A stretch of 64,000 bases of DNA from the human T2T-CHM13v2.0 reference genome, Homo sapiens, in NCBI RefSeq assembly GCF_009914755.1, contig NC_060945.1; one strand, written 5' to 3'. Shown here one piece after another: positions 14,520 through 27,770 of this stretch. Position 1 is the stretch's first letter, and every line of letters starts with the position of its first letter. The notes under the pieces are model-generated. The model was not told the origin of the DNA. It made no database searches and worked only from the letters and a program-made list of their open reading frames with translations. The position numbers and the translations under genes were made by a program.

Positions 14520-15885
14520 AATGATGTATTCATAACAGATATCTAAATAAATCTTTATTTAAAAATACAATCTTAGAAATTATGCTGTACCTAGTTAAAT
14601 AAGAGCAATTTTAACATCAATTAAATAACAGTAGCTAAACCAAAAAGAGATATATCAAAATTACTTTACAATGACAAGGCAGATATTCTGCTGTGGTTGT
14701 GGGTGTTCAGGACTCCGATGCTATAGAAGCTGAGCCAAATTTGCGGGTGACCCTCAGTCCCTGAGGCCTCAATGCATGACTCTCCCTGGGGGACCTTATG
14801 ACTCAACGGACACCCTGGCATCTCTAGGCCTCTATAAGCTGCATGTGGAGCAGCAGAAACAAAAGGGTCCTTTGGGAAAAACTGGAACTTGAACTTAATA
14901 TTAGCCTTTATTTGCCTGTTGTGATCATTTTCTTTTCTGAGTCCATGGAGCTTTCTCTCAGTCAACAGAGCAGCCATCCAACTTTCTTAAGCTCTTTTCT
15001 CAAATCAGAGTCTCATTTCAATGGGAGAAAGAAGCACTCCATAATTATTTGTCATTGTTTTTAGCCACCTTCTTGTAAAAGTTTTGTACCTGATATGTGG
15101 AGTTCATGTTTCTACACACTTTGGGAAATTCCTTCTCTATTTCTAAGCAGTTCACTGATTTTCTCTAAAGTTGTATTACATTTTCTAGCTGAAGCTTCCA
15201 AATTTCCCTTTCAAGCTGCACATTTTCAGACTGCAAAGATGCCTGCTCAGTTTGGAGACTTTCTACTTATCCTGTAAGCTCTTCATTCATTTGATTTTCT
15301 TCACACCGTTTTCTGAATCTTTCCTGTTTTTCTCCTTAAATAGGTCATTTTAAGTGACCTATTTAAGTTAACATCCACAGTAAGACTCTTTAGATCAAGT
15401 TCTGACTGATAGGCCAGTGATTACCATTTTCTTCCTCCCTCATTTTCTCTACTTCCAGGTTCCCACCATCCTTGTGATCGCTACAGAAATTGGGCAACTG
15501 TATGGTCTTCAGCAGGATTCAGCCAGAAATTTTAATTAGCTCCCTTTATCTTTCATGACCTCTTGTGTCTGAATGCTCCAACAGTGCTATTTGTTCCATT
15601 TTGTTTCTCATTGCACAGTTTCTTAGTTGAGTGGTTCTGGACTTTGCTGAAGATGAGAGTTTTCATTCAAGCTGTCTTGTATTTGATTCCAAAGTTGTTC
15701 TCCGTCATTCTGTGATGTCTTCCAGATGTTCCACATTGATCACTAGGGAAAGTTTTCGTGAGTTGCTTTTCTGCTCTTTTCCCAAATTTATGGTGTCTTC
15801 AAGTCATGACCTGCTTCCATTTTTTTTAATGTCAACAAACACGGCGTTTGTGACATCAGAAGACTGGCTTCCACCACAGCACGCC
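14520..15885 (-). pseudogene. Ancient processed pseudogene of CTAGE5/MIA2 (cTAGE family): coiled-coil region, shortened C-terminus and 3'UTR
   Basis: Manual minus-strand translation gives colinear segments: DSLNENSHLQQS (parent DALNENSQLQES); DGGNLEVEKMREEENG (DDDNLELEMNSESENG); [31 protein letters not shown] ([32 protein letters not shown]); [38 protein letters not shown] ([39 protein letters not shown]); PEHPQPQQ (TEHPEPQQET). These are followed by AAAGTAATTTTGA..AATAAAGAT, like the cTAGE5 3'UTR (AATAAA at 14554-14559, minus). No introns; multiple stops and frameshifts. Parent sequence is recalled, not searched. Confidence 0.85.
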
Positions 15886-16298
15886 TAGATTTGTTAAACT
15901 TATGAGAGCAAGAGAGATTTCCACCTTGAGAAATGCCAATAGTGTCTTAAAAGGAAAAATATAAAACAGGACATTTATTAAGTTTGGGGCATGGCTTTGA
16001 GCAATTTAAGGAAAGTTTTTCAAGGTAGGAAACTGGTTGGATCTGAAAAATTTCACATGATAGAGTTGAAGACTGGTAAGCATGGCCAGTTAAGGGTCTC
16101 AGGGGAGTTTTGATAAACGAACCATTATCTTAAAAAGACAGCTCTTTTCCCAGATGAGCAAACTGTATGCTTGAATAATTTGGTTAACAAGAATTTTCTA
16201 AAGCAGTGACATTATTTACTTGCTTGCCATCTGATATTCCAGCATTTGAGTTTCCTGGATCAGATAGTTATTATGATGAAAGGTAGTCTTGGTTCTCA
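15885..16298 (-). mobile_element. Probable old ERV1-class LTR (MER89/MER90/MER110-like) abutting the pseudogene 5' end
   Basis: Minus strand begins TGAGAACC and has a TATA-like CCAAACTTAATAAATGTCC. It ends AGACACTATTGGCATTTCTCAAGGTGGAAATCTCTCTTGCTCTCATAAGTTTAACAAATCTAG, resembling the R/polyA region of this LTR group. Confidence 0.45.
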
Positions 16299-17514
16299 GT
16301 CTCCATCCAACTTAGATGCTTGAGTAGCCTCATTGCAAACTATACTCATTCTGCTTCTCTGTGAACTTCAGCTGTCTTGCATTCATGACAATTTGCCCAT
16401 CGGTCAGATATACCCAATTTCCTGAGTCATCTCTCCAATGGTACATTAGATGTTCTTTTTTTTGTGGATAAACACCTCAAAAAACAATTTTGGCGCTTTG
16501 ACATAGTGATATACAAATTTATTTCTTGTAAACAATGGCTTGGGATTTTCTAAAATATATTTCTAGTTTATATTGAAATGTTGCATTTCAAGCTTACTGA
16601 AAAGAAGAGTATAACCTCATAACATGACAATTTGTAATTGACTATTTGAAAAGTTTGAAATAGTTTATTGTTAAAAAACTGCCATTGGCTAACTCATGAG
16701 AAAGTGCATGTGCCTTTCAGATTCTAACAGGAGTGAACTAAATCTTATAAACTTATTTGGCTTCCATGTGCTGCTTTAGAAAAATGCTAACTATGCCTTC
16801 CTCTTTAATTCAAGTAATTTCACTTTTGGGTCTATGCCACTTCTTAAAAAAAAGGTGAATAAAAACAGAGCGTAGATGATGAGGGCAGAATATGATGCAA
16901 GCTACCAATTTGAAAGGCAGTGAATGAAATCTAATTTTAAAATGCAAAATCAAGCAAGAGCCAAGAAAAGAAAATTGCTTTTATTTTTCTATATCCTTAG
17001 CAAGTTAGTGATTACTGAATATTTAATGCATCAACCTGACTACCATAGGATATCTTGAGAGCAAACATAACATCTTAAGTTACAGAGTCCCAAGTAACTT
17101 TTGCATCAAGAACCCCTAGATTTCATTATAAGCATAAAGCACAGATGTATTATGAATATTCTTTATTGTAACACATTCTCAAACTGTAAGCATCTAATGT
17201 CTAATTATAGGTTACTAAATTTTATCTGTAACATATAAGTGAATTAATATTCTTATAGAATAAAAAAATTGAATTGGAAAACTTTGGAGTCTTCTTAAAT
17301 TAAATTTACTTCCATGTTATCATCTCTTTAACTTATATTATCTTAGCATTTCTATATTTGGATCAAACCTCCTATCATATACTTACTGATTAATTATGTT
17401 AAAATTATTTCTTCATAGTTTCAAGTATATATTCTTTATTCCTCTAGTTAGGTTTGAAACTCTTCAATAGTTGGAATCATGTCCTCTGTTGCCCATTTTT
17501 TCCTCCACACTAAA

Positions 17515-17845
17515 CGCTATGATTTAAATGTTGGTTCCCCTCCAAATTAATGTTTTAATCTATTTGCCACTGTGGCAGAGTTAGAGGTGGGACTTTGTGG
17601 AGGTGATTGGACAATGAAGGCTTTGCCTCATGGGAGGGATTAATGTCATTATATTGACTCTCTTTTCCCTCTTTGCCTTTCTACCTTTTGCCATATGATA
17701 ATTCAGCAAGAAGGCCTAGACAAGATGCCAGCACTTTGATATTGAACTTGCCAGCCTTCAGAACCCTGAGACAATACATTTCTGTTCGTTATAAATTACT
17801 CAATATTTAGTATTCTGTTATAGCAGCACAAAATGAACTAAGCCA
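17515..17845 (+). mobile_element. MST-type (MSTC/MSTD-like) solo LTR
   Basis: CGCTATGATTTAAATGTT..GAGGTGGGACTTT..TTTCTGTTCGTTATAAATTACTCAA..TATTCTGTTATAGCAGCACAAAATGAACTAAGCCA. Near 5-bp TSD CTAAA/CTGAA. Confidence 0.85.
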
Positions 17846-18013
17846 CTGAATACTACATACCCATTATTATAAATGACTCCTAAGGGATCAACCTATCCTT
17901 TAAAAATCCTGAAAAAGTGAGTTAATAGATTGGAATTCTATACTTTTCACACCATTCATCACTGCCTTGCCATAGGATCACTCTAAGGGCTCTTGCCACA
18001 GGAAAATTATCTT

Positions 18014-19360
<1,347 letters not shown>

Positions 19361-21194
19361 TCAACATTGTAAATTTTTATCTTGGACCTAAGGTCTACCA
19401 AGATGTTTATGCATCCTGGAAAATGGAGAAAAATACAGAATTATAAGTTTTCACAAAACAAAAATATTAAACATAAAAAGTTGTGCTTTATCCTGAGATT
19501 ATATTTATCAAATGCTAATTTTTAGATGGTATTTACCAATATGGCAGCTAATGTCTATGCCAATCGGCCAATTAGTACAAGTACTATATCAGTTGTTTAA
19601 TATTTTTAATACAACCCAGGGAATTAATTATGGTTTTATATATTAAGATTCTCCTTTTATATGAAATGGTGGCAATAAAGTTTAGTTATTTTATATTCAC
19701 TTTTCTTTAAGATAGATGTAGCTGAAAAACAACATCGACAACCCTATGTCAGTCTTCTCTCTTTAAAGTATAAAAGTAATTTTATAACCCAGTGATGTCC
19801 AAAAGCCTGGGAAAGAGACAAAACTGCTCATTTTAACTCCATGAGATTCCTTGTGTTTAAAAGTAATTTTTTTTTATTTCTCAGCTTCCAAAATTTTATT
19901 TGACAGCCTCCATGTTTGCATATAGTATCCTAAAAACAGAAAAATTTCTAGCTTAACTCCCTTGCAAAGTCTTAAATGGCTATAATTTGAAATAGGAATT
20001 ATGCCATCAAATATGAAGAAAAGAAGTACGGCAACTAAAAATAAACTCTGTCTGAAACTTTACACTTTATGGATCCTACTTTATATGTAATATCAAAAAA
20101 TCATAATAGTGAGATACGTGAAGTGTATGTTAATTTATGCCTTCTGGTATACATAAGCATAATATTTTTCAGTATGGGGAATATAAATTTTAAAATTATA
20201 AAATCTTAAAATGAGGTAAGACCTTTACATCATCTAGCCTAATCCCATGAAGTTCAACCACGATGCCTGTATTTATTTCCCTGACCATATTATTTCTGCT
20301 AAACCATACGTAATACTAAAATGTTCACCACCTCACATAGCTTCCTATTGCTGCTATGGAGAGCCTTCACTGTTCTAAAAATCTATCTAAAATTGAATTT
20401 GAGTTTTTATCTATTAATGACATTTTGATCTCCAGTTTATCTTTATAGCCATACAGACTGCATAGTTATTTTTCTCAAACATAATAACATTTTAAAGCCT
20501 TAAAATATTAATAGGTCTCTCATAAAGGTTAAGGTCTTTTAGAAAACCTAACACCAAAAATTTCAAGCCCCCACCCAGCACAAAGTTAATTAGTTAGTTA
20601 CTGAGGTTTTGTATCATAAACCCCAAACTATAGAAGGTGCTCTCTTGAAGTTGTTTAAATTGTCCATTTTGCCTGCAAAACTCAAAACCATAGACTTTCT
20701 TGTTCTTAGGCTGTATACTTTTGGGAAGTGATACTGGAACATTTGCCTTGCCTTATACATCACATTCTTGTTCTCTTGTTTCTTTTAACTGATGACAAAC
20801 CCAGCTGCCTTTAACACATACAACCTCTGCTAACTGCCAGAAAGCAGAGGGTCTCACTCTCAGGATACTTTAAACACATTAGCGTTTGCCTTCAGTATAG
20901 ATCTCTATTTTCTTCAGCTATCCCTAATGGGTTATCACTCAATTTTGGATACCATAATACCTGAGACAAAAGACATTGTGTTACCTCAGCTAAAGAATTT
21001 CTATCAAAAAGGTCTATTTTTAACAGAAGGTCTGCTTTTTTTCTAACCTTATTATTCCTTTATCGCCCTCTTACATAGATGGTATTATTAGGCAAAATTA
21101 TCCATAGGTCATGGAAAAAAAGAAGGCCTGCTCTTCTTTTGCTTCATTTGTGGAAATGGCTCTTCATTTCTAAACCCAAGATTCTCAGGCTTTA

Positions 21195-21600
21195 TGTTAT
21201 AGTTACATTTATGTGGCAACTTGGTTATGCTGTGGTGTCCATTTGCTGGTCAACCATTTCGACTATTTAAAGGTAGCAAAAATGGAGGCAGCAACACTCA
21301 CGGATTGGCAAAGCAAGGAAGCCATTCCTTCCCTAAGACTGAAAGGGCAAGAAAGGAATGCATGGCAGCAGCTCCAGGTGCTAGAGAACATATCAGGGCT
21401 TTCCAAAATCCTGTGCAGAAGAGGGGGTGAGCAAGAGAAGAGATACCCTGCCCTCTCTCCCCTTCTATCATCCACTTTCTGCAAGTACTTCCCCCTAGCT
21501 AAGTCTAACTGGAAGCCAGAAAGACAGCATCTACATGAACCATTCTCCTGAGGCACAGAGCAGGAAGTGAGGAGCAGGGAATGGAAAAGAATCAGCATGT
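21195..21600. mobile_element. Short MLT2 5' piece (+) followed by an LTR33-like ERVL LTR fragment (-)
   Basis: TGTTATAGTTACATTTATGTGGCAACTTGG resembles the MLT2 start. AGCTAAGTCTAACTGGAAGCCAGA..TCCTGAGGCACAGAGCAGG resembles the LTR33 antisense end. Confidence 0.5.
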
Positions 21601-22309
21601 GACCCTCACTGTAAATTACACCAAAAACATTTGGATGCATCTGTCAAGGTTTATGAAGAATGTCTGTACCTTTAAAGGCTGAATATTGTGTTTCACTCAA
21701 CATGTCACCTCTCTGGGTCCTCTTCTTCTATGGTTAAAAAAAAAATACTGTAATAGGATTTCTAATTCTCCCTTCTTGCTACACTTAAACTCTGAGAGAA
21801 GAAGAAAAAGTAATGAATAAGAAATAAATATTATGCCCCTCACTCCCCACTCTTTGGAAAGTTTAAGTGGATGCCATCAATTTTAATTTTAAATATCCTT
21901 CCTCCATTGGACAGATTAATGGAGGAAATAGAGTAGAAACATAATGAGGTGAAGCCCAGATATCTGTGCGAATGTACCCAAATATTAACACTCAGTGAGC
22001 TACTATTTGGTATTTTTAATTAAAAAAATAAGTTAATGAAAAGTGAGCGTATACTATATAGAATTGCTGATTAGCTGAATGAGCAGAGCATCCTGGCCTT
22101 TCTGTCAAAAGGCACTTATTACTTGGTGTCCCTATTTTAGCCTAGAATGTTCTAAAGAGTGACAGTAAATCATATGTTATGCTGTGATTGCTAGCTCACT
22201 ATTTTTTACAGGCATATTATTTGGGGTGATAAAAACTAATAGAACAAAGAGAAGCTGATTTCCCACTTACCTAGCAGTTACTAAGCAAAGGATGAATTCC
22301 TTTATGTGG

Positions 22310-22590
22310 AGATTCATCAACCCAGATTCTTTCCATTTTGTGGCTCTGTACCCTTTAGGGTCTATCTGTCATTTGCATCTAGTGAGTACAAAGAAATACA
22401 GATCTTTTGGGGTAGGAAGCATACTTTCTTCCTACAAGAGTCGATACAGAAACGGCATGCATTGCTTTCATGCACATTCCATTCTCTGCAATTTAGTCAT
22501 ATGTCCAAACCCAAATGCAAAGAAGACCAAGAAAGTAGGCTGGCTGTGTGCCCCAAAAGAGAAAATTGACTTTTGCTAAATAGCTCTATC
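22310..22590 (-). mobile_element. Old MLT1 (J/K-like) LTR fragment
   Basis: CCCAGATTCTTTCCATTTTGTGGCTCTG..CACATTCCATT..TTAGTCATATGTCCAAACCCAAATGCAAAG..GCTGTGTGCCCCAAAAGA. Confidence 0.6.
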
Positions 22591-23284
22591 ACATACATAG
22601 GGATTATGAAAATAAACATGTATACATTTAATGATGTCTAAATAACTCCTGATGCTTAAAGTTAATATTATGACAACGTAAAATATTACAGGATAAGTAA
22701 GCCTTTCATTTCTATGTATCTTAATGTAAAATATTCATGTTTAATTAGTGTAGACTGAGCACAAATAATGTGTCTTTGCTTTAAATTTTAGGGAAACAAG
22801 AGGGGCAAAATATTCTACCATATGTTATTTTCCCATTTAAATTTCTCAAAGGAAAGGTAGGCTATGGTATAATGGTTACAATTATAATAAGAAATAGAAG
22901 AGAATATTAAAAAACAATACTTTAATTTCTGCCTGTCTAAATAAAATAGCTGTCTGCTAGTGCTTCTGAAAATCTATATAAAAATTTCCCTATTAATGAT
23001 GAGACATCTTCAATAGTTTAATTGGAAATAATTAAATTTCCCTAAGAAAAAGGACAGATTGAAATAGCCAAGTGCTGTAACGATCAAATTGGTAACCAAT
23101 TAATTATTTTTTACATGTGCCCTGCTTCTTGTTTAAGTACCATCAGTAAGTTAACACAAAATTCAGTTAAGTTTTGTTTTTTTCACTCAATCAATTTCTA
23201 CACAGCTTTTCTAGGTTGGGTATTGTGCTATTTGGTGTTGATAGAGTTATTAACAAGATAATCAAAGACTTACATTCTAGCAGC

Positions 23285-23470
23285 ATTAATGAACTTTTAC
23301 TATGTGCTCATTCATTGCAAAAAATGATCATACAGAATAAGTATTATTATCTCCATTTTACAATAAGGACATTTAGACTCAGGGAGAGGTTAAGTAATGT
23401 GTCTAATGCCTTGTGGTTTGTGAGAGTGGAGTTGAACCAAACCCCAAGTATCTCATCTTATCCCTCTGCT
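23285..23470 (-). mobile_element. MIR
   Basis: TAAGTATTATTATCTCCATTTTACAATAAGGACATTTAGACTCAGGGAGAGGTTAAGTAATGTGTCTAA. Confidence 0.75.
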
Positions 23471-26133
23471 GCATGTAACTAGAACTGAATTCCATATGAA
23501 ACAAGCTCTTCCTGAAAATTTAAGTCAGTGAGACTTTCTCACTGCTTAGTTTACTTTCTCTAATTTTTAATTGATATTTCCTCTTACAATATTCAAAAAT
23601 TGGGTTTCATTATATATGTAGTCTCACTTCCAGTTTCTAATAATACTGTGTTTTTCTAACATGGAAGATTTTTTTTTCTAAAGCAATTGCTGACTTTTTG
23701 ATAATGAGTCAACAGTGCCATCTTCTGTCTCTGTTCTCATCAGCCACTGGAAATAAAGCCTTAAAAGACTGGGTTAATGTAGATCAGGAACAGGAAGCAA
23801 GGAATCTGGAGAGTTTACAATCTTGGCAAAATGTACTACATCTTTGAACACTTGCAAAGAGACTAATTGTTTGAAAGGCTCGCAGGGCAGAGACGTGTTA
23901 AAAACAGTGCAGTGTGATTAGTTTCCTGAAACCTTTGAGTAGCCCTTCCAACAATGGAACCGAAGAAGGAGGAAGCAGGAGGGAGGAGACAATGACAGAA
24001 ACAGGTGGCAAGAGGTTGTAATGATTTGGGACGCCGTAATTGATGGAATAAAATAAGCAACTCTCCTGTTTGTTCTACCAATTGTTTACACATTTCCTCC
24101 TGTCTTCACCTTTAGAGTAACATGACTGATCTTGGTAAGCACTTTTATCAAGCAAAAAAAAAATAAAAAGGAAAAGATACAAATGAAACAAAATATTAAG
24201 CCCTGAATTTTTTCCTTCTCTGCATGTGAAGCATAGTTATCAAAACTGAGGCATGTGAGAAAACTTAGATAAACATGAAAATCTTGCAGGATTGAACATG
24301 TAGCTGAGAAAACACTATTTTTTTTTTTTTTTTGCAAATCTATCCTATTTTGGAAATGTATTTTTAGTCTCATCATACTTTCCAGCCATCTTGCAAAGTA
24401 AAAAAGATGAAAATTAAAAACTCAAAGGGTTTACCAGTACTTAGGTGAGTTCATTTGAGTATCTCCATTTCACAATGCTTATCTTTCATATACCTACGCT
24501 GGGTTTAAGCTTTCTGAATAGTAGCCACTTCGAGAAATATTTATGACGTTAATCATATTGCCCAGAATACAATTGTTCTTCTGAGGAATTTGAAGAAATG
24601 GTAGGAATCCCAAACAGATTTTCGAAGTTCTCTTAGACAAGGAACTCCAAACAGCAGCAAGGCAAAAGTATGAATGAAAGGTAGTTTTAATGCCTGTCTT
24701 TATAAGTGTGGCTTTTGTGAGGCTGCTGTTTTCCATAATTATTTTGCATACTTGAAGACGAAGCATGAACGGCAGCTACGAGTGGGCACAATACAATGTG
24801 TAACTGGAAAATTTTCTGTGTACCACCAAGGGAAAACTGCCACTTTACTTTTGCTGAATTATTGGCAATCTACTTCTTTGTGCCCATCTGCTTTTTTCAG
24901 CCTTTCATTAAAATAGTATTAGATGAGTTTTCTTACTATAAATTAGTGGTCAGTGCTGGACAAAGGGGATTGGAATTGGAGTTTTCTGAAATTTAACCAA
25001 ACACCTTAACAAGATGTCTCCAAAAAAGCCAAGTATCTAAGGTTTGATGGGTTACCAGGCTTGCAAAGGATCTTCCATCTGTTTCTGAGGGCTTCACATG
25101 ACAGTCCCTGACTTATGTTCCCTAACAGCCCACTCTATTTCACACTAGCCAGAGGTATTATACTTTAATTGTATCATATTAAACACACTCTAGAAAACCC
25201 AGAATTCCATGTTAATTCGTCAGTCAACACAAGAAACTTAGCTTCCTAAATTGGCATATCTATATTTAAAGATCATCAATGTCAACATTTTACTATTTCT
25301 CTAAGCAGGGCAGTTATCATGTAATTTCATAAGCATGAAGTAATAAAATTGATCTGAAAATGCATATACATATTTATTCTCCCTTTTACAAAACTAGAAT
25401 GCTTTCTACAATTGTTTTTTAATAAAGTCATTTTCAAAATATACACAATGCAAATCATTATGGGGATCTTCCTTCTCTATTGCCTCCCTCTGGTTGTGGA
25501 TAAAAACTGGTTTCCTGGGCAAGAGCAAAGGCAGAGACCAGGCTGAATCAAAGGAGCTGCAATTGCTATGAATTCTCCAAATCTCCTTACACAGATGCTC
25601 AGAAGGATGAGATTCTGCCATTTTGTACCCGAACATTCCTCCCAGCCTGTGATGCTGAAAGATTAAAGACTCCACGAGTACACACAACATGACTGATTGA
25701 TTACACTGACTTCAGTGCAACTCACTGGGAGAAGCACGAGGCTTGAGCTTTAACCAGAAGCTCTCTCAAGCACATGGCAATCTTTCTATATCCAAGGGAG
25801 GCTTTCTTTTTAATTTCATAAACTCACTTTTATTTATGGCACAGACCCCTTCTAGACCCCTCCTCAGGACTTTTTACAAAGGGTGCCCATTAGACCACTT
25901 ATATCATCTCCTCTAGTTGCTGTTTATTCTATTTGCATTTGTTTTTCTCATTTAACTGTAATCACCTTATGGTAAGGGTGTTGGTGGTGGTACAAGGAGT
26001 GGCATTGACACAACTCCAGCCTTAGGTGACACCTGACTTTTACTAACTTAATTTCCCTTGTGGTCTTACTTAATTCATCTTACTCCAGTGGTCAAAAGAA
26101 TGATAAAATTTCCATAATTCTGCTTGTGTCCAA

Positions 26134-26205
26134 TCTCTCTCTCTTTCTCTTCCTCTATCTCTCCCCCTCTCTCTCCCTCTCTTTCTCTTTCTTTTTTCTC
26201 TCCCC
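26134..26205. repeat. CT-rich low-complexity tract
   Basis: Direct read. Confidence 0.8.
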
Positions 26206-27372
26206 TGGGTCCATTTATTTCTCTTTTTAAAATCAGTAATTACCAAAGTACCTCTGAAATTTACTAATTAACTTCATTTCTGATAACTAAGCTTGATAAC
26301 TTTTCTTCTTTCTATAAAATAAACTTATCCTCTGATACATACAACCCAATTAAATGTTGACTTTCTCAGTTGTAGAGCTATCGATTTCCTAAGATTAAAG
26401 TAGTCTTCCTCATTGAAATTTTAGAAAAGTCCAAGGCAATAATATGAGGACAAAGAGGGAGTTGCCATTGTCTGATTAAAGTCAACGGAATAGATAAATG
26501 TGTCAAAAAGAACAAGTGGCATAACGGATCATAAGTATAGCAAATCCACAACTTATTATGAATTGTCTGATGTACATAGTTTTGAACTTTTCTTTTAAAT
26601 CTTTTTTAAATTAAGTCATTTAACTATGTATTTGAAGACAATGTTTCTCCACCTTTAAACTGCCTCAAAATCTTTCTAAGGACACCCACTAGGGACTTCT
26701 CTTAATGCATATACTGAGTTTTTTAAAGATGATATCTCTACCAGCAAGCAGACTGATGGTTTGCGTGTGTTAAATACTCTATTAGGTTATGGTGCATACA
26801 TGCTGCATACATGTAATCCTAACAAAAAGCCTGTGAGGTATTAAAAGGTTTCTTTATGTACAAAGAAAAGATACTCCTGAGTATTATGATCCAGGCAGCG
26901 AGGCCAAGCTCTTTTCCAGTGTCTTCCAAAGAGGATGTAGCATGGTTGAAATTCAAGATCAGGTGTGTTCGCCCTGACTACCGTGTTCCCTCACATGAAT
27001 AAAAATGATCTGTAGGGAGATACTAATTCTCCTTTTCAATAACCTTTTTCTTTAAACCATTTTTCTTTTTCAATAAACATAACTAACATAAGAGTGCTCG
27101 TAATCTTTCCTCAGAAATCGAGTTTATATTTTCCATTTATCCCTGCATTAACTAAGGTTTTAAAGGTAATGAATTCAGAATTTATTTGAATAACATAGTT
27201 TCAATAGAAGCACTAACAGCAGAAGCCCAGGGGCTTACAGACAACATAACCAGGTTGAACATTTCTCCTATCTTTTCTTCCGATTTATCACAAAATATTT
27301 ACATATAATTAGTTTGTTGTATGTACATTTAATTATTGTGTCATGTGTTTTTACAGGTAATTTATTTATCTA

Positions 27373-27770
27373 TGCATTAGTTTGCTCGGGCTTCCATGAC
27401 AAAATATTGCAGACTGGGTGGCTTAACCAACAGGAATTTATAATTCTAGAGGCTGGAAGTCTGAGATGAAGGTGTTGGAAGGGCTGGTTTCTGCTGAGTC
27501 CCTCTCCTTGGTTTGCGGATGACTGTGCCGTTGCTGCCTCTTCTCATGGTTTTTCCTCTGTGCACACACACTTCTGATGTCTCTGTGTGTGTCCAAATCT
27601 CTTCTTGGGAGAACACCAGTCAGTTTGGTTTAGGGCCCTCCCTAGTAATCTCATTTTAACATAATTATCTCTTTAAAGGCCCTGCCTCTAAATACTGGCA
27701 CATTCTCAGGTACTGGGGGATTATGGCTTCAACATATGAATTTTCAGGGGACACAATTTAGCCCATCACA
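27373..27770 (-). mobile_element. MLT1B-like solo LTR, full length
   Basis: TGCATTAGTTTGCTCGGGCTTCCATGACAAAATATTGCAGACTGGGTGGCTTAA..GGCTTCAACATATGAATTTTCAGGGGACACAATTTAGCCCATCACA. Confidence 0.9.

Noticed and set aside
14666-14977. 103-aa ORF as an intact CDS
   Set aside because: A pseudogene fragment: in-frame stop just upstream of the Met, and the tail is out of frame with the parent C-terminus.
25406-25690. 94-aa minus-strand ORF in unique sequence
   Set aside because: No recognisable homology or splice context; length is within chance for a 64-kb window.
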